From positions 35,154,001 to 35,218,000 of the forward strand of contig OX597824.1 of NCBI GenBank assembly GCA_951406725.2: a DNA stretch of 64,000 bases, in the 5' to 3' direction. The notes beneath the pieces were generated by a model, which was not told the origin of the DNA, searched no databases, and was given only the letters and a program-made list of their open reading frames with translations. The translations under genes and the position numbers were made by a program. Within the stretch, counting starts at the first letter, position 1. Each line of letters starts with the position of its first letter. Of this stretch, positions 26,327 to 38,364 are shown piece by piece. This DNA comes from Octopus vulgaris. Its lineage: Eukaryota.

Positions 26327-27224
26327 TTTGCATTGAGAATCATTTCCCATCATCACCTGTTTTTTTGAGTCATTTTTGGAATTTCTGTTACTTTGTTATG
26401 TGAGTTTGCCTTTGGCTTGTTACCTGTTTGATATTATTTTGTTGATTTGTGTTTTACGTTAATTTGAACTGTTGTCTGTTGTAGGACATTAATTTTTGTC
26501 CTATGGGGCAGAAAATTATTGAGGAACTTTGTTTAAAATATTATTTGTGAAAAATTATTTTTTACTCATTGTTGAGTTATGTATTATCTGTAATATTGAC
26601 ATTTTTGAAAAAGTTATGATGGAATTCAACATTGAATACAAAAAAGACTTTCCCGAGATGGGAAAAGGAAATGAAAATTTAAGTCAAAAGGAAGCACAAA
26701 AACAAAAGGCAAAACAAAGTTTTTCAGATGCAGTGGGTGGCAATGTCACAGAACTGGAAATTAAAATGGAACAGTTGTTCAAGTTTTGCAGTTTAGTTTA
26801 AAAAAAGTGATGGCAATATAAGACTGTTGCCGCCCCCTGAAACACTACAGGCGATAAACACACATACTGTCGTGTACAAACTATACAACATAAAGGAAAA
26901 GAAAATTAAAGATGCAAAAAATGAGATAATAGTGAGGTGATTTACAGTCCATAATATACTTCAGAATTTGTGATGGGCATGTTCTGAGATAGGGGAGTAA
27001 AATATAAATAAGTAACAATTGAAGGACAGGTATTAATTCATTACAGCCATTGCTAATGATACTTTTAATTGATTAATGAGTACATTATATCATTATAAAG
27101 AAATCGTTTTCTTCAGATGAATACATGAACTTTACAACCAAGGACATTCAAAATGATTAACACAGTTTAAAATCCAAGGAGCAAAGCATTTTCAATGATT
27201 CTGCTACTATTTCAGTTGACAGAA

Positions 27225-27260
<36 letters not shown>

Positions 27261-27264
27261 GCAT

Positions 27265-28105
27265 CTGTGGTGTGTAAGAGAGATGACTGCGCTGGTATAG
27301 CCATGTGGCGAGAATGGATGTGGATAACTGTGTGAAAAAGTGCCACACCCTAGCGGTTGAGGGGAACCTGTGGAAGGGGTAGACCCAGGAAGACCTGGGA
27401 TGAGGTGGTTAAGCATGACCTTTGAACACTGGGCCTCACCAAGGCAATGACTAGTGACCAGGACCTTTGGAAATATGCTGTGCTTGAGAAGACTCAACAA
27501 GCCAAGTGAGACCATAACCTCGTGGCTTATACCCAGGGGTGTAACGAGCCCACTTGTGCATACCTTTCCTTCATTGGACACTAAACTCTGCTTGCGAAGA
27601 CCTGTTGAGGTAAGTGAGATCGAAATCAAATTCAATGATTGGCATCCATGCTAGTGGAGCGCTAAGAGCACCATCCGAGTGTGATCATTGCCAGAGCAAC
27701 AAACTGGCTTCCATGCCGATGGCACATAAAAAGCACCATTCGAGCATGATTGTTACCTGCATCACCTTACTAGTACTTGTGCTGGTGGCACGTGAAAAAA
27801 CATTCGAGCGAGGTTGTTACCAGTGCCACTAGACTGGCTCCTGTGCATGTGGCACATAAAAAGCATCATTTGAGCATGGCCATTGCCAGTACCGCTGGAC
27901 TGGCCCTCGTGCCGGTGGCATGTAAAAGCACCCACTACACTCTCAGAGTGGTTAGAGTTAGGAAGGGCATCCCGCTGTAGAAACTCTGCCAGATCAGATT
28001 GGAGCCTGGTGCAGCCATCTGGTTCACCAGACCTCAGTCAAATCGTCCAACCCATGCTAGCATGAAAAGCGGATGTTAAACAATGATGGTGATGAAGATG
28101 ATAAT
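27265..28105 (+). mobile_element. RTE LINE 3' end: ORF terminus, 3'UTR with an approximately 65-70-bp minisatellite, and (GAT)n tail
   Basis: RRLRWY and G.CGRGRPRKTW.EVVK.D remnants. GGTGGCAC(G/A)TAAAAAGCA units repeat about four times. The element ends CCCATGCTAGCATG...GATGATG. Confidence 0.75.
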
Positions 28106-28106
28106 G

Positions 28107-28174
<68 letters not shown>

Positions 28175-28189
28175 AGAGAGAGAGAGAGA

Positions 28190-29440
28190 GTTTAAAAGTT
28201 AGAGACAGGTGTTCCCTATATAGAATACTCATGAGATTTGAACTTGGGCCTGTAGATGAGTAAATGTAATGAGAAGCCAGTTAGGCAAGTTGATTTACAC
28301 AGAATATTAAATACATTTAATAGAAAAAGTGTACATGTGTATGGATATAAAATAGTCTGACTTATAGAATATAAAGGATAACAGGAGTTAAATGGGTAGA
28401 ATTTTACAAATCGAACAGCTGTTTCTGGGGGCTTGGTGGTCTGGAATAATACTTGGATCCACTATCGGATAACACTACCTCCATCTTCAGGGGAGCATTT
28501 TACATTGGAGGATTTTACTTTTGAGGTGTTGACAGGTTGGAGTTTAAAGATGGAATGATTTTTGTGGAGAGCTAAGTGTGTTAGGAAGGGAAGTTGGAAA
28601 TGCTTAGATAGAGAGTAGTGAGAGGAGAAAATAGATTTCAGGGTTAGGGTTAATAACGAATCTAATGATAGGAGTAGAGGTGGAAGGTGGGAGGAAGGGG
28701 GAAGGGTGGTTTGGGTAGTGTGTGAGTGATGACTGTTGTGACAGTTTAGATAAAGGCTACAGAGTTAATGGTTGAGATAGTGAAAAGGGCTTTTTATTAA
28801 TTGGGGGAAATGAGTTGACTGGTTCAGTAGTTAAGTAATTGTTAGTGGGATAAAGGAATCGGGTTAGTAATGTTAAGTACTGTTGGGGAGGCTAAGAGGA
28901 AGGTGGGAAGTGGTTGATTTGAAGATTTGGAAAAAATCTGAGATTTGTGTACGGGAAGGAATAAGATGGGGGAGGGTAGTGTTTATCAAGTAGTAAGTTG
29001 CAAGACTGACTTTGTTTTAGATTAAAGTTTTTTGAAGTATGGAAACTTATTATATTATAGAATTATATAGATTTAGAGAAGTGCGTGAAAGTTGAGTAGT
29101 ATCTGTGTTTACAAGAATAAATAACATCAAAGAATCTATTGAGTAATGAGGAGTTGTGAAAGTGAAGAATGGTTAATGATTCTTTTAGACATTACTTACA
29201 CTTACTGATATTTGCATTGTATGGGGAAGCTTCACTTACTATGAACCAGGATAAGATGTATGGAATATTTTGTGATTTGAGGTTGTATATGTACGTTGCT
29301 CAGGAGACAGATAGTTTAAAGTTTGGATTAGTGAAAGAGTTCACATGTAAATGGTAGTGGCACTTGAAATCTACTGTGCTGCTGATATATACCCTTGCTT
29401 GGTGAGAGCGGGGTGTTATAACACAGTACTTATAGATCAC
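28190..29440 (-). mobile_element. Penelope-like retroelement 3' fragment (GIY-YIG C-terminus plus pLTR with hammerhead motif)
   Basis: The minus strand encodes decayed YIS.T.DFK.HY..H.NSF and ILSWFIVSEASPYNANISKCK.CLKE, resembling PLE endonuclease C-termini. There is a hammerhead motif at 28413-28490, and the element ends near a (TA)n tract. Confidence 0.62.
28413..28490 (-). ncRNA. Hammerhead ribozyme-like motif (PLE type, palindromic stem III, long stem II insertion)
   Basis: The minus strand reads CUGAAGA-UGGAGG...(about 50 nt)...CCCCCA-GAAA-CAGCUG-UU. Stem I is weak or decayed. Confidence 0.55.
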
Positions 29441-29603
29441 ATTTTTATGCAGACAGAAGCCTGCAAGAGGACATAATTTAGATGCATGACAGTTGCAAGT
29501 TTTTCTACCTGCTCAACTATCTCAAAGCATATTTGTTAGTTTGACTACTTAAAATAATTCTATAGAAAGATGCCCAACGTTTCTGAGTGTCTCTTTATAA
29601 ACA

Positions 29604-29820
29604 CAAGAGGTGCTGAAAAGTTCTTAGCTTTGGGTAAAAGAAAATACAAGAGGATCAGTTAATTATGATTTTAATCAACATATTCCCCTCTCAGATTCAC
29701 ACACTTTTTGCAATAGTCCTTCAGTTTTTCTAAGCCCTGTAAAAGAACTCAGAAGGTTGGGCTTCCAATCAGGCATTTTATGATGCCCTTAAAGCCAGGA
29801 ACTTTTCAGCACCCCCTCAT
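29604..29820. mobile_element. Mariner-type MITE
   Basis: Inverted termini GAGGTGCTGAAAAGTTCTTAGCTTT and AAAGCCAGGAACTTTTCAGCACCCCCTC. Confidence 0.6.
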
Positions 29821-29829
29821 ACATGCATA

Positions 29830-30212
29830 TGTGGAACTTAAAGATTAAAACAGTCACAAAGTTAAAATACAACTGGCCAGAAATTACTGTGTGGAACCTC
29901 AAAGAAAAGATGTTCTGTCGTGGAAATCAGCTTCCCACTGGACACAGATGTGGTTAGAAAAATACAAGCGAAAGACGATATCTATGGATCATTGATAAGG
30001 TGTTTGCAAATCCAGTACCCAAAATATACTTTCAGCTTCATACCTATAATTATTGAAGCAACTGGGTACATACCAACCTGTCTGGAGCAAAGCATGGCTG
30101 AATTTGGAATCTAAGGGAGAGAAGGAAAATCCTTAATTCAAAAGCTACAAATGATCACGATATCTAGGATTATAAATATTTGTAAGTACTTCTTGAGAGT
30201 TAAAGGATGATA
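29830..30212 (+). mobile_element. R4/Dong-like RLE C-terminal fragment
   Basis: EISFPLD...K.DIYG.L...LQIQYP.Y.FSFIPIII.ATG. Confidence 0.65.
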
Positions 30213-30466
30213 GTTAAAACAAAATACTTTTGTTCCCAATCTTGGTACCAAGTACGAGGCCAGTCAAAATTTACTCTAAATTAAACAGAGAAAGAGAACA
30301 TACATACATGCAGACATACATATGTACATATATACACACATATATACATACATGCATACATAAATACATACATACATACATGCATGATGTATGCATATAT
30401 ACATACCTACATACATTCATTCATACATAAATACATACATACATTCATACATACATGAATACATAC

Positions 30467-30757
30467 ATCACGTGATCATGTGACCGACCAGGCTATCAGA
30501 TGTTGCTACACATCGATGGTCACAATGCGCTTCGCATTGTTTTAGCCTTCAAATGATGCCACCCCACTGGCTAAGCGTGCAGGACAACAGAAGAAAGAGT
30601 GAGAGAAAGTTGTGGCAAAAGAGTACAGTAGGGATCGCCATGTGAAGCTTTAGGTGTTTTCGCTCAATAAACACTCACAAAGCCTGGTCTAGGGATCAAA
30701 ACTGCAATCCTACGACCGCGGGTCTGCTGCCCTAACCACTGGGCCATTACACCTCCA
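30467..30757 (-). mobile_element. SINE family A with alternative tail
   Basis: Reverse complement of 48561-48868. Confidence 0.78.
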
Positions 30758-30869
30758 CACATACATACATACATAGTATCAGCACCATTGACAAGAGTAG
30801 CAGCCTCTCCTGGAACTGTGGTAATTATATCACATCTCACCTACAAAGCTATGCCTTTGATATTCAGGA

Positions 30870-31975
30870 ATATTCAGGAACATGAGATTGCTACTAAATA
30901 CCTGATGAACAAGAGAGGTTGAGACACCTCAGAACCTCCATGCTGTTATAGACAATGCCGATTATGCCATACCACTGTAAAGAATATTGCCCATATCATC
31001 AGCAGCTGCCCAGAAATGTCTGCAAGAGATTATCTGCACATGAGACGTGACATTGTCACAGAGAGAGTTTATAATGCTACACAAAGGAAGGACTGCTCTG
31101 ACAGCCATGCCAGTGGCACACCAGCACTAGACTGCATTCACACCTATAAAAATAAGGAATATTGGTGGAACATTCCAAAAAGAACAACAACCTGGTGTAA
31201 GCACAACAGGCCAGATATTGTCTAAAGGGACAGAGAACAAAAGACGTGAACTAAAGTAAAGATTAGCTGCTCAACTGATGTGGATGTAGAGAAAGAGAAC
31301 ATTTGTGAAAAACTGATAAGAAACTTACAGCACACATACACAACACACATATAAGGTGGCAAGCTGGCAGAAACATTAGCATACTGGGCAAAATGCTTAG
31401 CAGCATTTCGTCTACTGTTACGTTCTGAGTTCAAATTCCGCCGAGGTCAACTTTGCCTTTCATCCTTTCGGGGTCGATAAATTAAGTACCAGTTATGCAC
31501 TGGGGTCGATGTAATCGACTTAATCTGTTTGTCTGTCCTTGTTTGTCCTCTCTGTGTTTAGCCCCTTGTGGGTAGTAAAGAAATAGGTATTTCGTCTGCC
31601 GTTATGTTCTGAGTTCAAATTCCACCGAGGTCGACTTTGCCTTTCATCCTTTTGGGATCGATAATTAAAGTACCAGCTACGCACTGGAGTCGATGTAATT
31701 GACTTAATCCCTTTGTCTGTTCTTGTTTGTCCCCTCTATGTTTAGCCCCTTGGGGGCAATAAAGAAATAAGAAACTTACAGCTCTTATACCCTGACTACA
31801 GATTCTCGTTTGTACCTGTTATCATAGGTGCTCCAGTCTACTTAGCAACAGATCCACATTAAAAACTACAACAATTAGGGTTCCTGAAAAAGAACAAACC
31901 ACAGTAATCTGTATTCTTTGAATATAGTCAATCAGTGGTACAGTTAAAATTTACAAAATGATCCAGGGATTCTTC
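30870..31975 (+). mobile_element. R4/Dong-like RLE non-LTR 3' fragment interrupted by a SINE dimer
   Basis: CCHC remnant (HIISSCP), RRD.V, WWNIP...KHNRPDIV and FVPVIIGA. The SINE insertion at 31332-31766 is flanked by duplicated ATAAGAAACTTACAGC. Confidence 0.72.
31353..31770 (+). mobile_element. tRNA-derived SINE with Meta-like core, partial tandem dimer
   Basis: GAGTTCAAATTC B box plus GCCTTTCATCCTTTCGGGGTCGATAAATTAAGTACC core, present twice. Confidence 0.82.
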
Positions 31976-32413
31976 ATGTGAATTTTCGGGGCTGTGAGAG
32001 ACCCCCTTCAGTCATGAATAACCATGAGATTGCATCTAGAAAGTTACCTTCCCAGGTTCAAGTCCGGGCAAGGTTGTTTATGGAAGGCCAGCAGTCGCCC
32101 ATGCATACCAGCCTCCCCTCTCCACACCACTGATGTTATCCAAGAGAAAGGCAAAGGCCGATACAGCTTGGCACCAGTGATGTCGCAACTCATTTCTACA
32201 GCTGAGTTAACTGGAGCAACGTGAAATAAAGTGTCTTGCTCAAGAACACAACGTAGGCAAGATTGTTTATGGAAGATCAGCAGTCACTCATGCATATCAG
32301 CTTCTCCTCTCCACATTACCAATGATATCTGAGGGAAATACAGCTTGGCATCAGTACCGGTACAACTTATTTCTGCAGCTGAGTGAATTGGGGCAATGTG
32401 AAATAAAGTGTTT

Positions 32414-32818
32414 ATTCTTTTACTCTTTTACTTGTTTCAGTCATTTGACTGCGGCCATGCTGGAGCACCACCTTTAGTCGAGCAAATCGACCCCGGGACT
32501 TATTCTTTGTAAGCCCAGTACTTATTCTATCGGTTTCTTTTGCCGAACCGCTAAGTGACGGGGGCGTAAACACACCAGCATCGGTTGTCAATCAATGCTA
32601 GGGGGACAAACACACACACACAAACACACACACATACACATATATATATACATATATACGACAGGCTTCTTTCAGTTTCCGTCTACCAAATCCACTCACA
32701 AGGCATTGGTCGGCCCGGGGCTATAGCAGAAGTCACTTGCCCAAGATGCCACGCAGTGGGACTGAACCCGGAACCATGTGGTTGGTTAGCAAGCTACTTA
32801 CCACACAGCCACTCCTGC
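32414..32818 (-). mobile_element. SINE family C copy
   Basis: Reverse complement of the 45908-46380 consensus; inserted into a family B SINE. Confidence 0.85.
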
Positions 32819-33123
32819 TCAAGAACACAACACACAGACTGATCCAGGAATCAAACTCACTACTAAGGCAGTTATAAAATTTTACTGTACCAAATGCACA
32901 GGGTTCTATCATTTGTAAATGTTTCAATGTTTTCTACAAACTGATCAACAAAACTAAATAACACACACACACACATACACACATATTTATCAGATAAAAG
33001 CTTGTAACTTTATTATGTGTAGTTTTTTTATTTCTTTTGATAAACACAAGTGCTGGTGGTCTTACATCAGCTGATTCTAGTAATATTTCCAATTAAGATG
33101 TTGGATAATCAGTTGACAAATTA

Positions 33124-35756
33124 CACTGGGCAACAAAAATTTTTTTGTCATGCTGTTTAAACATTTTCAGTTGATTTAGGGTAATTTTAGGGTGCTCAAT
33201 CCAAATCTGACATCAGTTTTCAAACAGCACATGTAATTTTTTTAGTTATTGACAGCATCGGATTTTCCAACCAATTGATAATATTGACAAAGTAGTCGGC
33301 TATTTGCTTTTGATTTTCATTCATATACTCATCACTGAAACAAAAATAAGTGCTGATAGAGGGAAATGAAGGCTACCTGTTGAATTGCCACACAAGATGA
33401 GAATTCATTTTACTTTCTTTTCTCTATAATTATAGTAAAGTTCTCTTCAAATTATGCTATTGATATTAGGCTATAGCAAGCCACTCAGACTGCATTTTCT
33501 TGACAACTGCTAATGCTGTTAAAACAAAGTACATCAAATAAGAGAGCCAGGTTATATGAAAAGTAGTTTATTAGTAAGTTTAGTTACTTATTAAAGTGAT
33601 CAATGTTTGAAATTTAGAAATGGAAAAAACTGTTTCATGGTGACCATAGTTTCAGTACATTCTATAATAATTTCAATGGATTTTTTTTTTTTTTGAGAAA
33701 TATATTATGATATTTTACAATAACATTTACAGTTGATTAATTTTATATTTTAGCTTACTGATAGGTTTCCTTGAATGTTGATTTAGGTTATTGCTGTATG
33801 TATTTATGGTGAGCAGAAAAGTTTGTGTTAATCACCTGAACAGCTTTTGCTACATGTGTGGAAAATTTATGCCAAAAGATCAGAGAAATAAGCTTACAAA
33901 GAAATTTTAAAATGCTTACAAGCTTTACTTTTGGTACAAAGTTGGGGACCAAGATAAACTGTGTGCACCTCATGTTTGTTGCAAAAACTGCTGCATAGCA
34001 CTAACCCAATGGCTGAATGGTAAATGGAAAAGTATGCCATTTGCAGTACCAATGATATGCATGAACCAACAAACCACTATACCGATTGTTATTTCTGCTT
34101 AACTAACATCACAGGTTTCTCTAAGAAGAACAAATCCAAGATTGTTTATCCAGATTGCCCTTCAGCTTTAAAACCAGTTGCTCATGCTGCTGAAAATATT
34201 CCAATTCCAGAGCCTTCTTCATCTTTTGACAAAGATAGTTTAAGTGAAGAACATACTACATCTACTTCAATTGAAGGCATGCCGAGTGATACGGCAGATC
34301 ACTGTGATGAACCAGGATCTTCAAAGAAAGTTCCTCATTTATTAAGTCAACTTGAGTTAAATGATTTAGATAGAGACTTCGGTTTAACAAAAGAAAGGTC
34401 AGAACTATTGGGCTCCAGGTTAAGACAATGGAATCTTTTACACAACGGTGTAAAATGCTTGTATTTTCAAAAACGGCATACAGAATTGCATGAATTTTTT
34501 ATGGAGGAAGATGGTATTTGTTTTTGTTGTGATGTTGAAGGACTCCTATGTGAGAAGGAGTATGGCCATCATCCTGAAAAATGGAGACTCTTCATAGATT
34601 CCAGCAAGGCAAGCATAAAAGCTGTTTTACTGCATAATGGCAATCAAAAACCTTCAATACCACTAGTACATGCTGTAGGATTATGAATCAATGGATATAA
34701 TTTTGCACTTGATTAAATATTCTGAGCACAAGTGGAATATATGCAGGGACTTGAAAGTTGTTGGTTTGCTTCTTGGGTTGCAAATGGGGTATACAAAGCA
34801 TCAGTGCTTTTTGTGCCTTTGGAACAGCAGAGATGACAAGCATCACTATGATTAAAAAGAGTGGCCAAAGAGAAGTGATGATTTCACTACAGGGAGATGC
34901 AATGTTAAATATATCCCTTTAGTTGACCCTCAGAAAAGTTACCTTCCTCCCTGGCATGTTTAAGAATTTTGTTAAGGCTGTGAATGAAGATGGTGAAGGA
35001 TTCAAATAACTCAGTGAAAAATTTGTTTCTAGCAAGTGTGAAGCTAAGATCAAAGGTGGTATTTTTAATGGACCAGAAATTCACATACTAATTTGTGATG
35101 AGCTTTTTCAAAAAAAATTAAACCCAGTAAAGAAAACTGCTTGGGTAAAGTTTGTTTCTCTTGTAAAATACATTTTGGGAAATGAAAAATCATCTAACTA
35201 CGTTGCAATTGCGAATGAATTTTTGAAAGCTTATAAGCAACTTTGGGCAAGAATGTTTCTAAAACTTCATTTTCTCCACTCTCATCTTGACTTTTTCCCA
35301 CCAAATATGGGTGATGTAAGCGATGAGCATGGTGAACGATTTCATCAAGAAATCAACGAGCTAGAAAACCCACTACAGTGGCCGACTTACACCAAACATG
35401 CTGACAGACTACTGCTGGTTTTTAAAACGAGAAACAGACATGTAGCACAAGCGTGAAAGAAGATGCCAAAGCTATTCACTTTACATTTTTGTTTTGCGTT
35501 TCATTGGTTTTAGAGCTACTTATCCACCTAGTTGCTATTGTTCTTATAACAAATAACAGTAATTTACGCTTAACATAACATTCATTTTAATTATCATGAA
35601 TTTTCACATTATTGTAATTTTGATAGCAGTATAATAATGATAGCGCAAAAACGTGATGTGTTAGAGCAAAAATGGTTGCAGATTCAGAATCAGTGGTCCC
35701 ACATTACCTATGAGCACCATTTCGTGTAATAGTAGCAAAAATTTTGTTGTCTAGTG
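33124..35756 (+). mobile_element. Full-length decayed Chapaev3-type (CMC superfamily) DNA transposon
   Basis: The left end is CACTGGGCAACAAAAATTTT and the right end reverse-complements to CACTAGACAACAAAATTTT. A TTA duplication flanks it (33121-33123 and 35757-35759). It contains an internal transposase pseudogene. Confidence 0.82.
33806..35460 (+). pseudogene. Chapaev3-like transposase, frameshifted and with stops
   Basis: Motifs across frames: SFCYMCGKF, EPTNHYTDCYFC, HLLSQLELNDL.RD, WRLFIDSSKASIKAVLLHNGN, GDLKV, GYTK..CFLC.W, HFLHSHLDFFP and VSDEHGERFHQ. ORFs 34024-34686 and 35175-35456 are fragments of it. Confidence 0.85.
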
Positions 35757-35790
35757 TTATCATCCTCACAGTCCAAACTGCAAATATGGG

Positions 35791-37040
35791 GGATCTTTTC
35801 GGTTTGAACAGCAGTTTTTAACATAATTTCTAGGTAACTAAAAAATTGTAAACTTCGTATACTGTTAGAATGTGTTTATAAAACATCTTTTGGATCTTTT
35901 CCTTTTGAACGGCACTTTGTAACATAATTTCTAGGTAACTAAAAAGTTTTAAACTTCGTATACTGGTAGAATGTGTTTATAAAACATCATTTTCTTTTGG
36001 CTTTATTGAGAAAATTCTATAGGTTGTAAGATATTTCGTCTGAAATTTCTTGCATTTCGGCAATTTTAACCAATCAATTACCTCCATTGACGTAAATAAC
36101 ATTCTGTGCATAATGAATATATCCCTCCTTTAAGAAACAGATTGGGTTTATTTACATTTGTGAAGAAAAAAAGATACCTTTCCCCAACCCCTAACCCTAA
36201 CTCTAACCCTAAATCTAAAATAGATTCAAATGCAATAGATTGATACTAGGGTTATAATTATGGGTGACAATTTCATACAACACCGCTACAGAAAATGGGA
36301 TTTTTTCTAGCGGTGTCAAATGAAAATGTCACCCATAATTATGGCCCTAGTCTCAATCTATTGCATTTCAATCTATTTTAGATATAGGGTTAGAATTAGG
36401 GTTAGGGTTAGGGGTTGGGAAAGGGTATCTTTTTTTCTTCACAAATGTAAATAAACCCAATCTGTTTCTTAAAGGAGGGACATATTCATTATGCACAGAA
36501 TGTTATTTACGTCAATGGAGGTAATTGATTGGTTAAAATTGCCGAAATGCTCGGATTTTCAGACAAAATATCTTACAACCTATAGAATTTTCTCAATAAA
36601 GTCAAGAGAAAATGATGTTTTATATACACAATCTACCAGTATAGGAAGTTTAAAACTTTTTAGTTAACTAGAAATTATGTTACAAAGTGCCGTTCAAATG
36701 GAAAAAATCCCATCTTTTTCTCTTGGCTTTATTGAGAAAATTCTATAGGTTGTAAGATATTTTGTCTGAAATTTCTTGCATTTCGGCAATTTTAACCAAT
36801 CAATTACCTCCATTGACGTAAATAACATTCTGTGCATAATGAATATGTCCCTCCTTTAAGAAATAGATTGGGTTTATTTACATTTGTGAAGAAAAAAAGA
36901 TACCCTTCCCCCCACCCCTAACCCTAACCCTAATCCTAAAACAGATTGAAATGCAATAGATCGATACTAGAGTCATAATTATGGGTGACAATTTCATATG
37001 ACACCGCTAGAAAAAACTGCCATTCAAACCGAAAAGATCC
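35791..37040. mobile_element. Merlin-like non-autonomous TIR element (outer copy, interrupted by a nested relative)
   Basis: Termini are GGATCTTTTCGGTTTGAA...TTCAAACCGAAAAGATCC, with an 8-bp TSD AATATGGG at 35783-35790 and 37041-37048. GG..CC ends plus an 8-bp TSD fit Merlin; the superfamily is inferred. Confidence 0.8.
35892..36710. mobile_element. Nested foldback element of about 820 bp from the same family
   Basis: Termini are GGATCTTTTCC...GGAAAAAATCC, with an 8-bp TSD CATCTTTT at 35884-35891 and 36711-36718. The halves are inverted copies about a centre near 36300, with internal CCCTAA/TTAGGG repeats. Confidence 0.85.
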
Positions 37041-37711
37041 AATATGGGTACTGTTTACGTTCAACCCAGATCAACATTAACCTGTCAGAGCAATCTCTCA
37101 GCACACCTATCGATTAAGCACATTCCAGGTGTGACCATCATCTTTGTAGGTTTTAGTACTACATTATTCCGTGTGTCTTTACACATTCACATGCATTATA
37201 TTTTTAGTGTTGGAAAAAGTTGGTCTTAACTGTTATGATACATGATGGTTACGTTTATCTTTTTTCCTTACGCCCCACTCACCAAACATAGTCATTTGAA
37301 AATATTTTAGCTTAAAATTCTTGACACACTGTACCCCTACATCTGTGGAATTTTTTCTTAAATTTAAAATTATGAGAAACATTAGGAAAAAAAAAAGTAA
37401 CGAGCCATCTTCGTACACATTCAGATAATTTGGACAGTATGACCAATGTCAGTTTCACAAGCAGGCCATTCTGTCGAATGAATCAACTGAAACCCTTATC
37501 ATCGTAACTGACAGAGTGACCATTAGAGATCTATTCAACTGAGGATTAGTTCCTAACACCAGAGAAAACCAAATGTCTAACATTATTTTATTCAGTCTGT
37601 GAGCATTCTAAGTTTTGAGTCTCTTAGTTTTAAAAATAAGTATTTGTAATATAAGAAGGTTGATTTAATAAACTCTATACTAAACTGAGTGTTATTAACA
37701 GAACTTTGTTT

Positions 37712-38364
37712 GAATCTTTTCCTTTTGAACGGCAGATGTCAATACAATTTCTAGTTAACTAAAGACTTTTAAACTTTGTATACTGGTAGAATGTGTTTAT
37801 AAAACATCATTTTCTCTTGGTTTTATTGAGAAAATTCTATAGTTTGTAAGATATTTCGTCTGAAAATCCGAGCATTTCGGCAATTTTAACCAATCGATTA
37901 CCTCCATTCAACTAAAATCATTTGCTGCGTCTAAAACTGAGACAACATCCTCTAACTAACCCTAAATCTCCCCCACAACCCTAAATTTTTTTTTCTTAAT
38001 TGTTAAATTAATTTAATTCCATTGCTTTAGTTTTTTTACATGTGTAACAATTAAATTAATTTAACAATTAACAAAAAAAAATTTAGGGTTAGGGTTAGGG
38101 TTAGGGGGGAGGGTTAGGGGGGAGGTTTAGGGTTAGTTACAGGATGTTGTCTCAGTTTTAGACGCAGCAAATGATTTTAGCTCAAAAGAGAGCATAGGAT
38201 TGGTTAAAATTCGAAAAATTAAACTACGTTAAACAAACAAATTACAATTTTCTCAAGAAAGCCAAGAGAAAAAAATGTTTTATTTTGACACATTCTACCA
38301 GTATACGAAGTTTTAAAGTGTTTAGTTAACTAGAAATTGTCTGCCTTTCAAAAGGAAAAGATCC
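37712..38364. mobile_element. Foldback MITE, same GGATC-terminal family
   Basis: TIR G(A)ATCTTTTCCTTTTGAA...TTCAAAAGGAAAAGATCC, with TSD CTTTGTTT at 37704-37711 and 38365-38372. It has long inverted arms with TTAGGG arrays. Confidence 0.85.

Noticed and set aside
27110-27160. Possible terminal exon TTTTCTTCAG|ATGAATACATG...GATTAA
   Set aside because: Only an acceptor-like motif and a short frame, with no homology to support it.
27640-27935. Regularly spaced repeats resembling a CRISPR array
   Set aside because: The spacers are homologous to each other, the context is a eukaryotic LINE 3'UTR, and there are no cas genes.
38083-38135. TTAGGG arrays as a telomere or chromosome fusion site
   Set aside because: They are short, lie inside TSD-flanked transposons and recur in each family member.
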